Positions 1-8,063 of a stretch of 64,000 nt of DNA are shown here, in pieces. Positions within the stretch are counted from its first letter, which is position 1. Every line of letters starts with the position of its first letter. The DNA comes from Gammaproteobacteria bacterium (GTDB lineage Bacteria; Pseudomonadota; Gammaproteobacteria; Ga0077536). The notes below the pieces were generated by a model that did no database searches, was not told where the DNA came from, and worked only from the letters and a program-made list of their open reading frames with translations. The DNA lies in NCBI GenBank assembly GCA_016874535.1, contig VGUA01000004.1, positions 249-64,248 on the forward strand, given 5' to 3'. A program made the translations under genes and the position numbers.

Positions 1-636
1 AGAGAATGAGGTGCGGGGCTTCCGCCGGCCCGGTATGGGCAAGGCCAGCCGCCGCCGCAATCCAGCCGGCATGGCGACCCATGACCTCCAGCACGAACAC
101 CTTGGTGGAGGTGCGGGCCATGGAGGCCACATCGAATCCGGCTTCCCGAGTGGACACGGCCACGTACTTCGCCACGGACCCGAAACCGGGGCAGGTATCG
201 GTGTGTGCCAGATCGTTGTCCACGGTTTTCGGGATATGGATGGCCTGCAGCGGGTAGCCGAGCTCCGCGCTCAGCCGCGCGACCTTCAGGCAAGTGTCGG
301 CCGAATCACCACCACCGTTGTAGAGGAAGTAGCCGATGTCATGGGCCTTGAAGACCTCGATAAGTCGCAGATACTCCGCGCGGTTCTCGGCGAGGCCCTT
401 GAGTTTGTAGCGACAGGAACCGAAGGCACCCGCCGGCGTATGGCGCAGCGCCGCGATCGCGGCGGCGGATTCCTGCGTGGTGTCGATGAGGTCCTCCTCC
501 AGCGCACCGATGATGCCATTGCGGCCGGCGAGGACCTTGCCGATGTGAGCGGGGTGTTCCCGGGCTGCCTCGATGACACCGCAGGCGCTGGCATTGATGA
601 CCGCCGTGACCCGTAGAAAGCATTCCGTACAGCCAT
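1..636 (-). CDS. pfk: 6-phosphofructokinase of the PPi-dependent-like clade (5' portion only; gene continues beyond window start); N-terminus appears frame-disrupted
   Basis: The minus-strand frame open from pos 1 to 643 reads VTAVINASACGVIEAA..FGSCRYKL..YNGGGDSADT..IPKTVDNDL..VLEVMGRHAGWIAA (PFK signatures). ATG at 636 gives MAVRNAFY and then falls out of this frame. The only in-frame start is TTG 643. It is absent from the ORF track because it has no stop inside the window. Confidence 0.85.
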
Positions 637-773
637 TGTTCAAGCGCACTCCTGCAGATTGCGCAGGCATCGTAACCGTGGGGCCGGGGTGGCGAAAGCC
701 TGCCGGACCTGCCTCGGCGCCCGCATCCCCGATGGGAGATACCTCGGGTACACTGCTATTCGATGCCACGCCA

Positions 774-2342
774 ATGAATGGGAGACAGGTTTTGTCGCGA
801 GCCGCGCACCTCAAGCGTTGGAGACAGGGACTGCTTGCAGTCTTCTGCCTGCTCATGAGCATGCCCCCTGTTCCCGCCCAGGATCAGCTGGGCCCGCTGA
901 CAGAAAACGACATCATCGACCTCACGGAGCTGCCGGATTTCGGGGATTCCGCCGGGGTGTACATCTCACCGGAGCAGGAACGCCTGCTGGGCCAGGGTTT
1001 CATGCGCCAGATGCGTCGCCAGGCGCCGCTGGTGAGTGACGAGGAGGTGGAGGACTACATCCAGAAGGTCGGCATGGAGATTGGCCAGCACGCGGGCTAT
1101 TACGGAGACTTCACCTTCTTCGTGGTGGACAGTCCGGTCATCAATGCCTTTGCGGTGCCGGGCGGCTATATCGGCGTCCACAGCGGGCTCATCCTCGGTT
1201 CCCGCAATGAAAGCGAACTCGCCTCCGTGCTGGCGCACGAAGTCTCCCACCTCACGCAGCGCCACGGTGCCCGCATGATCGAGGCGGCCGGGCGCATGAG
1301 CATTCCTTCCATGGCGGCCTTCATCGGCGCCATCGTGCTCAGCGCCATCGACCCGCAGCTCGGCATGGGCGCACTCGCGGCCGTGGGCGCCGCGCAGCAG
1401 CAGTACCAGATCAACTTCACCCGTGCCAACGAAAAGGAAGCCGATCGCATCGGTATCGAATTGTTGAACACTTCCGGCTTCAACACGGAGGGCATGGCGA
1501 ATTTCTTCGAGCGTCTGCAGTCTGCCAACCGCTACAGCGATCCGGCCTTCATCCCGGAATACCTGCGCACCCACCCTGTGACCGTCAACCGTATCGCAGA
1601 GGCGCGCGAGCGTGCAGAACAGATGCCCACGCGCAATGTGCGTGAAGACAGCTATGAGTACCTGCTGGTGTGGCAGAAGCTCAATGTGCTGAGCGCGCGT
1701 GACCCGGCCGAGGCGAAGTCCTTCTACGAAAACCTGCTGCGTGAAGGTGGCTATCGCAATGAGACCGCCGCGCGCTACGGCTATGCACTGGCACTTGCCG
1801 AGGCGGGAGATTTCGAGCGTGCGCGCATCGAACTCGACAAGCTGCTGGTGGAACAGCCGAACATCCTGGCTTTCCAGATCGCTCGTGCTCGCCTCGAACA
1901 GAAGGCCGGCAAGCTCGACGCGGCGCTGGCCTGGTTCAACAAGGCGCGGCGCGCGGATCCGTCGAGCCGTGCTGCCACTTACGGTTATGTCAGCCTGCTC
2001 ACCCTGACGGGCTCACCGCGCGAAGCGCGCCAGATTTTGCGCGAATTCGGTGACCCGGAGCGGCGTGACCCACGCTTCTACAAGCTGCTGGCGGAAGCGG
2101 AGGAGCGCATGGGTGATCGCGCGAGCTCGCATTACGACCTCGCCGAGTACTACCGCAACATTGGCGAAATGGAACTCGCGGCCCAGCAGCTCAAACTTGC
2201 GCAGACCGTCCCCGAGATTTCCCATTATCAACGTCTGCGTGTAGACGCACGCCTCGCCGAGATCGAGAAAGACCTCGATCGGCTGGACAGCGAGCGCGCC
2301 AAACGTCGCGAAAAAGAGGAACGCCAGCGGCGCCGCGACTAG
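774..2342 (+). CDS. bepA: M48-family periplasmic metalloprotease with C-terminal TPR region (BepA/YfgC-like)
   Basis: HEVSHLTQRH zinc motif. Hydrophobic signal region LLAVFCLLMSMPPVPA after the internal ATG at 774. The C-terminal half is TPR-like and ends in a KRREKEERQRRR tail. The longer track start at 573 is an unlikely R/P-rich extension. Confidence 0.85.
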   Translation: MNGRQVLSRAAHLKRWRQGLLAVFCLLMSMPPVPAQDQLGPLTENDIIDLTELPDFGDSAGVYISPEQERLLGQGFMRQMRRQAPLVSDEEVEDYIQKVGMEIGQHAGYYGDFTFFVVDSPVINAFAVPGGYIGVHSGLILGSRNESELASVLAHEVSHLTQRHGARMIEAAGRMSIPSMAAFIGAIVLSAIDPQLGMGALAAVGAAQQQYQINFTRANEKEADRIGIELLNTSGFNTEGMANFFERLQSANRYSDPAFIPEYLRTHPVTVNRIAEARERAEQMPTRNVREDSYEYLLVWQKLNVLSARDPAEAKSFYENLLREGGYRNETAARYGYALALAEAGDFERARIELDKLLVEQPNILAFQIARARLEQKAGKLDAALAWFNKARRADPSSRAATYGYVSLLTLTGSPREARQILREFGDPERRDPRFYKLLAEAEERMGDRASSHYDLAEYYRNIGEMELAAQQLKLAQTVPEISHYQRLRVDARLAEIEKDLDRLDSERAKRREKEERQRRRD

Positions 2343-2361
2343 CCGTTCTTCCCCACACGGG

Positions 2362-2386
2362 AGGCCTTCCCGAAAGCCTTTTCTCT
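2362..2386 (+). terminator. putative intrinsic terminator after bepA
   Basis: AGGC(C)TT-cccg-AA(A)GCCT stem with one mismatch, followed by TTTCTCTC. It lies 20 nt after the bepA stop. Confidence 0.5.
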
Positions 2387-2393
2387 CATCGAT

Positions 2394-2436
2394 TGTGACG
2401 CAGTGTGAAAGTTTCACCTTTGTGTGATCTGTCACA
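2394..2436. promoter_or_regulatory. cluster of TGTGA/TCACA motifs (two palindromes) in a low-GC spacer
   Basis: TGTGA at 2394, 2404 and 2423. GTGAAAgTTTCAC is a perfect 13-bp palindrome at 2405-2417. TGTGAtctgTCACA lies at 2423-2436. The cluster sits about 110 bp upstream of ATG 2547. Confidence 0.4.
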
Positions 2437-2546
2437 GTTTTCGCTGGCAAGCTCTCTACCATCAACACCCACGCGAATTATCATTAAAGGCAGCCATTGA
2501 TGGCGCCGCTAGCGTGCTGGTAGTCAGAGAAAAGGAACACTCCATC

Positions 2547-2903
2547 ATGAAACGCCTGAGCCGTATCAGTTCGACCCTGGACTTTCTGGGCCTGCTGGCC
2601 CTGACCTTGGCCGTGGCGGTGATGCTGCGCATTCTGGGTCCGCTGGAGGGGCTGTGGCTCAGTCGACTGGCAGAGTCCACGCTGTTTGGCCTGCTGGGCT
2701 CCACCCTCGCTGTGGCGGTCAGTGCCTTCGGCCTCGCGCGCGTCTTCCAGCTCTCACGCATTGTCATGACCACCCCGGACCATCGCAGCCGCCGCCGTGC
2801 ACGGCCCGCGCTGACCAACATGGAAACCCTGCGCGCACCGCATGCCACCACCGCCGAAGCGCCCGAAGCCCTGGAAGCCGCAGAACTGCCCCGCGTCGCC
2901 TGA
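2547..2903 (+). CDS. hypothetical small membrane protein (two predicted TM helices, basic/Ala-Glu-rich tail)
   Basis: Internal ATG 2547 is preceded by AAAGGA. LDFLGLLALTLAVAVMLRIL and LFGLLGSTLAVAVSAFGLA are hydrophobic spans. GC3-rich codon usage resembles the neighbouring genes. I recognise no family. Confidence 0.5.
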   Translation: MKRLSRISSTLDFLGLLALTLAVAVMLRILGPLEGLWLSRLAESTLFGLLGSTLAVAVSAFGLARVFQLSRIVMTTPDHRSRRRARPALTNMETLRAPHATTAEAPEALEAAELPRVA

Positions 2904-3093
2904 AGGCGGCGCAACGCGCTGGTTCAGCACGTCAGCCCTCGCGGAGTAGTGCTCCGCACCCTCGAATACCTCCTCCCCGCCGCAGACTTTGTCTTGTACC
3001 GGGTTCGGGCCCGACCGGCTCACCTGCAGAACCCATAGGATACCCGCGCCGTCACCAACGTCCGCGCAGGCCCTGGAATTTCAATGCCGGGAA

Positions 3094-3109
3094 TGTGACT
3101 TCCGTCACA
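3094..3109. promoter_or_regulatory. CRP/cAMP-receptor-type binding site, perfect core TGTGA-N6-TCACA
   Basis: gaaTGTGActtccgTCACAaca. AT-rich -10 candidates follow: TAATAT at 3120-3125 and TAATAC at 3130-3135. With the latter, the site centre is at about -41 (class II geometry). Confidence 0.5.
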
Positions 3110-3245
3110 ACAATTTGCTTAATATTCCTTAATACTCCCAATCCAGAGAAGAAGGGCGGCAAGACCCGTGACTGCACTGGAGGGGCATGAATGCCCAACA
3201 GGCGTCAGCCAAGGAACAACAGCAACACCCATGAGGATACGCGCC

Positions 3246-3530
3246 ATGCGCTTGAAACCATCACTACTCGCCACGAGTTTCATACTGGGCTTGGCTGCCC
3301 CCTTGGCCGGCATGGCGGATCAATCGCTAACGACCCCGAATGTCATCATCTACGGTACAGGGAACAAAACCAACGGTGATAAAATTTACACCATTGATGT
3401 CGGCGCCGGCGCGATCGCACTCGCCGGACTGCTGCGGGAAAAAGAGCGCCAGCACGGACGACGGGTTGGCGTGATCCTGAGTGGTGGCAATGTGGATCGC
3501 GAGCTGTACCAGACAATCCTCGCCCGCTGA
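3246..3530 (+). pseudogene. chimeric ORF: Sec-type signal peptide plus low-GC segment fused in frame to the C-terminal ~45 aa remnant of a PLP-dependent threonine/serine dehydratase
   Basis: GAGGA sits 8 nt before ATG 3246. The N-terminus MRLKPSLLATSFILGLAAPLAGMA-DQS is signal-peptide-like. The 3' part, GAGAIALAGLLREKERQHGRRVGVILSGGNVDRELYQTILAR, matches the extreme C-terminus of TdcB/IlvA-type dehydratases. GC drops visibly over about 3090-3400. Confidence 0.6.
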
Positions 3531-3614
3531 GACGGCAGTTCAGACCAACCGCTTTTCAACGAGGTGAGGGCGCCGGCAAGCCGGTCCCGGGCTCCCCAGG
3601 ACCGCTTCGTTGGA

Positions 3615-4931
3615 CTACACCCAGCCGCGCTTGTGGCCCGGCAGCTTGAGCGCCTCCGCGTAGCGGCTGCGCAGTGCCGCCACCTGGCTTGGCACATGAG
3701 CGGTGGGGAAAAGACTCTCGGTGGGTGCCACCTGACGCAGCGCTTCCTTCGCCACGGTCATCTGATGCACTTCGGAAGGACCATCTGCGAGCCCGAGGGC
3801 ATACCCCCACAGCAGATATTCGCCGAACAGCATCTCGTTCGAGATGCCGAGTGCGCCGTGCAGGTGGATGGCCTGGCCGGCGACGCGCGTCATTACCCGC
3901 TCGCTCAGCACCTTCACCGCGGCGATGTCCTGCCGGACCTGGGCGTAATCATTGAAGCGATCGATTTTCCATGCCGTCTGCAGCACCAGCAGCCTGAATT
4001 GCTCGATCTCCATCCACAGATCGGCGATTGCGCCCTGCATGAGCTGTTTGCGTGACAGAGTCTCACCCTGTGTACTGCGGGACTGCACGCGCTCACAGAT
4101 GGCTTCGAAGACTCTTTTGGCAAGACCGACCGTGCGCATGGCGTGATGCACGCGCCCGCCGCCCAGCCGCGTCTGGGCGATGCGGAAGGCGTCACCCGCC
4201 TGACCCAGCAGATCCGCATTGCCGAGCTTCACGTCGTTGAAGCGCAGGTAGGCATGCGCACCGTGTTCCGCATGCTCGAAAGCCATGCCGCTGTTGCGCA
4301 CGAATTCCACACCCGGCGTGTTCACCGGCACGAGAAACATGGAAGCTCCCTTGTAGATGGAGACTTCCGGGTCGGTGATGGCCATCACGATGAGGAAATC
4401 CGCCCAGCGCGCATTGGAGGAGAACCATTTCTCGCCACGCAGGATCCATTCGTCCCCGACGCGGTCCGCCCGGCAGGTGAACACCCTGGGATCGGCGCCG
4501 CCCTGGGGCTCCGTCATCGAGAAACAGGACACGATGTCGCCATCAAGCAGGGGTTTCAGGTAGCGGGCTTTCTGCGCCGGGGTTCCGAAGTGGGCGAGGA
4601 TCTCGGCATTGCCGGTATCCGGTGCAGCGGTGCCGAAGACCGTTGGCGCGAAGAAACTCCGCCCCAGAATCTCGTTCATCAAGGCGAGCTTCAACTGACC
4701 CCAACCGCCGCCTCCCATGGCGGGGGGCAGATGACAGGCCCAGAAACCGGCCTCCCGCACCTGCCGCTTGAGCGGATTCAGGATGGACATGAGGGATTCA
4801 TTGCGCGTGTTGTAGGTCTCGTCCTTGGGGAAGAGATAGTCGAGCGGCTCGATCTCCTCGTGCACGAAGCGCGTGATCCAGTCCAGGCTCGCGCGAAACA
4901 CCGGTTCCGTCTCAAAATTCCACATGGTCAA
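3615..4931 (-). CDS. acyl-CoA dehydrogenase family protein
   Basis: 438 aa. CFSMTEPQGGADP (ACAD signature region) and GALGISNEMLFGEY in the C-terminal helical domain. Full-length ACAD architecture. Confidence 0.85.
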   Translation of the reverse strand: MTMWNFETEPVFRASLDWITRFVHEEIEPLDYLFPKDETYNTRNESLMSILNPLKRQVREAGFWACHLPPAMGGGGWGQLKLALMNEILGRSFFAPTVFGTAAPDTGNAEILAHFGTPAQKARYLKPLLDGDIVSCFSMTEPQGGADPRVFTCRADRVGDEWILRGEKWFSSNARWADFLIVMAITDPEVSIYKGASMFLVPVNTPGVEFVRNSGMAFEHAEHGAHAYLRFNDVKLGNADLLGQAGDAFRIAQTRLGGGRVHHAMRTVGLAKRVFEAICERVQSRSTQGETLSRKQLMQGAIADLWMEIEQFRLLVLQTAWKIDRFNDYAQVRQDIAAVKVLSERVMTRVAGQAIHLHGALGISNEMLFGEYLLWGYALGLADGPSEVHQMTVAKEALRQVAPTESLFPTAHVPSQVAALRSRYAEALKLPGHKRGWV

Positions 4932-4961
4932 CTCCTGCAGGCAAAAGGCTGGGCCTGAAAA

Positions 4962-6149
4962 TCAGGCCTGGGTGAAAGGGCCGCTGATCTCGAAAGTCAT
5001 GCCGGTCGCGCCATCGCGGCCGCGCTGGGAGCTCAGGTAGAGGCGGGTGCCGTCCGGACTGAAGGCAGGACCGGTAACCTCGGACGCGTCGTGTCCCACG
5101 AACTGCAACAGCGGCGACACCCGCCAGCCCGTGCCGTTCGAGCTCAGCATGTTGAGCTGCATGTCGTCGCCGTCCTCTGCCACGAAGAGCGCACCGGTCT
5201 GCGGGTGCACGGTCAGGTTGTCCGGCCAGCGCAGTATCGCCGCCTCACCCAGGGCCACGCCGTCATAGATGACGGTTAGAGCGCCCGTGGCTGGCTGATG
5301 ACACCAGATGCGATGGTCATGCGTGGTACTGAAATAGATTCGACCTTCGGCATACCAGATGCCTTCTCCGCGCGCGAAGGCGGTGGTCCCGGGACTGCGG
5401 CATGCTGAAGTATGGGAAACGGCATGCCAGCCCACCACGCCATTGGCGCCGAGATGAGCCGCTTCCAGCACGCCAGCGTCGAGCCGACCCGCGGTCTTGG
5501 GGCGAAAGCGATAGAAGCGACCTTCCACATGATCTTCCGTGAGGTAGACGAAGCCAGTGGCCGGATCCACTGCTGCTGCCTCGTGCATGAAACTGCCGAG
5601 CAGCGGGCGGGGAATGCCCTGGCCCGGCCGAGTGGGGTCGCACTCATGGATGAGGCCATGCTCCACCTCTTCACCCGAGAGCCAGGTGCCCCAAGGGGTC
5701 GGGCCGCCCGCGCAGTTGCGGTGGGTACCATCGAGGATGCGCCAGGCATCGCGCAATTCGCCATCGGCTGCAAAGCCGAGGCAGGCGGCACCGCCACCTC
5801 CTTCCGCAATTTCGGCATTCGATACATAGAACCAGCCGCCGTCAGGCGCCCGAAATGTCGCCCCGCCATCCGGCGCTGCATGCCAGACGTAGCCACTGCC
5901 CGGCAAGCGGTCGCCGGTCCGCGCCACCAGCCGTGCCCGAAAGCCGGGTGGCAGGCGCAGTCCGTACTCATCAGGCTCCCCCAGCGGGCCGAAGGGCCCG
6001 GTGGCGTGGCGCTCGCCGGAGGTCGCGAAAAGCGGCAGGGAAAGCAGGGAGGCCGAGCACAGCAGGCCTGTTTGCGCGAGCCAGTGACGACGGGACAGAG
6101 GCACGTTGGACTCCAGTGCGTGGACAAGTGTCCTGTGATTATGGCCCAT
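4962..6149 (-). CDS. Tat-exported DUF839/PhoX-like beta-propeller protein (short form)
   Basis: Twin-arginine motif SRRHWLAQTG. NCAGGPTPWGTWLSGEE is the typical DUF839/PhoX family block. Repeated propeller-like segments follow. Confidence 0.7.
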   Translation of the reverse strand: MGHNHRTLVHALESNVPLSRRHWLAQTGLLCSASLLSLPLFATSGERHATGPFGPLGEPDEYGLRLPPGFRARLVARTGDRLPGSGYVWHAAPDGGATFRAPDGGWFYVSNAEIAEGGGGAACLGFAADGELRDAWRILDGTHRNCAGGPTPWGTWLSGEEVEHGLIHECDPTRPGQGIPRPLLGSFMHEAAAVDPATGFVYLTEDHVEGRFYRFRPKTAGRLDAGVLEAAHLGANGVVGWHAVSHTSACRSPGTTAFARGEGIWYAEGRIYFSTTHDHRIWCHQPATGALTVIYDGVALGEAAILRWPDNLTVHPQTGALFVAEDGDDMQLNMLSSNGTGWRVSPLLQFVGHDASEVTGPAFSPDGTRLYLSSQRGRDGATGMTFEISGPFTQA

Positions 6150-6231
6150 CCAAGCCCGTTGCCGTCAGATCTGGAGAGTCTCGACGAGCGGCCACACCCC
6201 GCTCGGGAGTGCGACCGCATTGTCGTGAGCT

Positions 6232-6975
6232 TCAGGCCGCCTTGCGCGCCCCCAGCCAAGAGCGCAGAGCGTCCGCGCCGCCGATGTGCTCACCATTGAT
6301 GAACACCTGCGGGACGGTGGTCTCGCCCGTGATGGCACCAATCACGCGGCTCCGGTTCCGGTGCGGCAGGACGACTTCTTCAAAGTCATACCCGGCGCCT
6401 TTGAGCAGAGCCTTGGCCTCGACGCAGTACTGGCAGCCTTCGCGAGTGAACACCGCCACTCGATCAGGCTTGCGTGCGCGCGGGTTGAGGTAGTTGAGCA
6501 TGGTGTCCGCATCCGACACTTCGAAGGGGTCGCCGGGCTTGTGGGGCTCCACGAACATCTTCTCCACCACGCCATCCCGCACCAGCATGGAGTAACGCCA
6601 GGAGCGCTTGCCGAACCCGAGATCCGCCTTGTCCACCAATTGGCCCATGCCGGCGGTGAACTCTCCGTTGCCATCAGGGATGAGCCTGATGTTGTCGGAT
6701 TCCTGGTTGGCGGCCCATTCGTTCATCACGAAGGCATCGTTGACCGACACACACAGGATTGAGTCCACGCCATTGGCGAAGAAGGTGGGCGCGAGCTCGT
6801 TGTAGCGCGGAAGATGCGTGGAAGAGCAGGTGGGCGTGAACGCCCCTGGCAGGGAGAACACCACCACGGTCTTGCCCGCGAAGAGTTCGTCGGTGGTGAC
6901 GGTCTTCCAGTCATGGTTTTCGCGAATGAGAAAGCTCACCTGCGGTACTTTGCGTCCTTCATGGTTATCAGACAT
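6232..6975 (-). CDS. hybrid peroxiredoxin-glutaredoxin (Prx5-type Prx fused to Grx)
   Basis: The N-terminal [10 protein letters not shown] block carries the peroxidatic Cys. The C-terminal [11 protein letters not shown] is a CxxC Grx motif, followed by [20 protein letters not shown] sits 6 nt before ATG 6975 (the track start at 6978 is a GTG one codon upstream). Confidence 0.9.
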   Translation of the reverse strand: MSDNHEGRKVPQVSFLIRENHDWKTVTTDELFAGKTVVVFSLPGAFTPTCSSTHLPRYNELAPTFFANGVDSILCVSVNDAFVMNEWAANQESDNIRLIPDGNGEFTAGMGQLVDKADLGFGKRSWRYSMLVRDGVVEKMFVEPHKPGDPFEVSDADTMLNYLNPRARKPDRVAVFTREGCQYCVEAKALLKGAGYDFEEVVLPHRNRSRVIGAITGETTVPQVFINGEHIGGADALRSWLGARKAA

Positions 6976-7044
6976 CACTGACTCCTTGCAAACGGGTAAT
7001 GGAACATGCCGCGCAGCCTAATGAAGCCCGGGGCGGGCGCTCCA

Positions 7045-7081
7045 ATTCTTTGTTGGTATGATGCTGATAGGAATACGCTAT
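7045..7081. promoter_or_regulatory. OxyR-type binding site in the prx-grx/oxyR divergent spacer
   Basis: ATAGgaatacgCTAT at 7067-7081 fits ATAGnt-N-anCTAT exactly. A degenerate partner, ATTCtttgttgGTAT, lies one 22-bp register upstream at 7045-7059. Confidence 0.55.
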
Positions 7082-7094
7082 CAGGATGGGACCC

Positions 7095-8000
7095 ATGACT
7101 CTGCAGGAACTTCGTTATCTCGTGGCAGTTGCGCGCGAGCGTCACTTCGGGCGTGCCGCCGAAAAATGCTTTGTGAGCCAGCCCAGCCTCAGTGTGGCCA
7201 TCAAGCACCTCGAAGAAGAGCTCGATGTTGCCGTGTTCGAGCGCACGCGCAATGAGGTGGTGGTCACCGAAGTCGGCCAGCAGATCGTGGCGCAGGCCGC
7301 GCGCGTGCTCGAGGAAGCGGCGAAGGTCAAGCAGATGGCAGCGGCGGGCAAGGACCAACTGGCTGGAGCGCTGCGCTTTGGTGTGATCCACACCATCGCG
7401 CCCTATATCCTGCCCGACCTCGTTGCCGCCCTGCGGGTGCGCGCACGCCAGATGCCGCTGGACATCGAAGAAAACCAGACGGATCACCTCGATCGCATGC
7501 TCATTGAAGGCGCCATCGATGTGGCGCTGCTCGCGCTGCCCTTCGAGGCACCGGGCGTGGAAACCACACCCGTGTACGACGAGGACTTCGAAATCATCGT
7601 GCCCGCCAAGCATCCCTGGGCAAGGCGCAAGCAGGTCTCAGCCGATGAGCTGGAACAGGAGAACCTGTTGCTGCTGAGCATGGGTCATTGCCTGCGAGAC
7701 CAGGTGCTCGCAGCGTGCAATCGCTTCGCACGCCCGAACGACACCACCCGCCAGGGCAATTCACTGGAAACCCTGCGCAGCATGGTCGCTTCCGGCATGG
7801 GGATCACCGTTGTCCCGGCCACCGCGATGACGGGCCGCTATGCCATACCGCTGGTGAAGCGGATTCCGTTTGCAGATCCCATCCCACGCAGGCGCGTGGT
7901 GCTCGCAACGCGTCGCGGCTTCTATCGTCCGCGTGCCATCAGCCTGCTGGCCGAAGTGATCAGGGCCCTGCCGTTGCCGATCACCCCGGTCGCCGCCTGA
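7095..8000 (+). CDS. oxyR: LysR-family hydrogen-peroxide-sensing regulator OxyR
   Basis: N-terminal HTH LRYLVAVARERHFGRAAEKCFVSQPSLS. The GHCLRDQVLAAC block holds the two redox cysteines, spaced as in E. coli OxyR C199/C208. The gene is divergent from a peroxiredoxin. Confidence 0.85.
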   Translation: MTLQELRYLVAVARERHFGRAAEKCFVSQPSLSVAIKHLEEELDVAVFERTRNEVVVTEVGQQIVAQAARVLEEAAKVKQMAAAGKDQLAGALRFGVIHTIAPYILPDLVAALRVRARQMPLDIEENQTDHLDRMLIEGAIDVALLALPFEAPGVETTPVYDEDFEIIVPAKHPWARRKQVSADELEQENLLLLSMGHCLRDQVLAACNRFARPNDTTRQGNSLETLRSMVASGMGITVVPATAMTGRYAIPLVKRIPFADPIPRRRVVLATRRGFYRPRAISLLAEVIRALPLPITPVAA

Positions 8001-8063
8001 GCCAAGGCGCGCCCTGCGTATACTCGCTACCCTCCACCCTCAGCTTTTTCGAGGATTTCATCC

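Noticed and set aside
3184-3197. The palindrome GGGCATgaATGCCC inside the low-GC patch.
   Set aside because: A 6-bp stem with a 2-nt loop cannot form a stable hairpin. It could be a protein site, but there is no second copy or supporting context.
5276-6259. Long alternative-frame or antisense ORFs throughout the window. Examples: 5276-6259, 13461-14375, 20470-21618, 26566-27771, 40871-41731, 42120-43202, 48648-49850, 55401-56372.
   Set aside because: They completely overlap genes with unmistakable family signatures. They are Arg/Ala/Gly/Pro-rich and low in complexity, and they are the expected stop-codon-poor shadow frames of GC-rich DNA.
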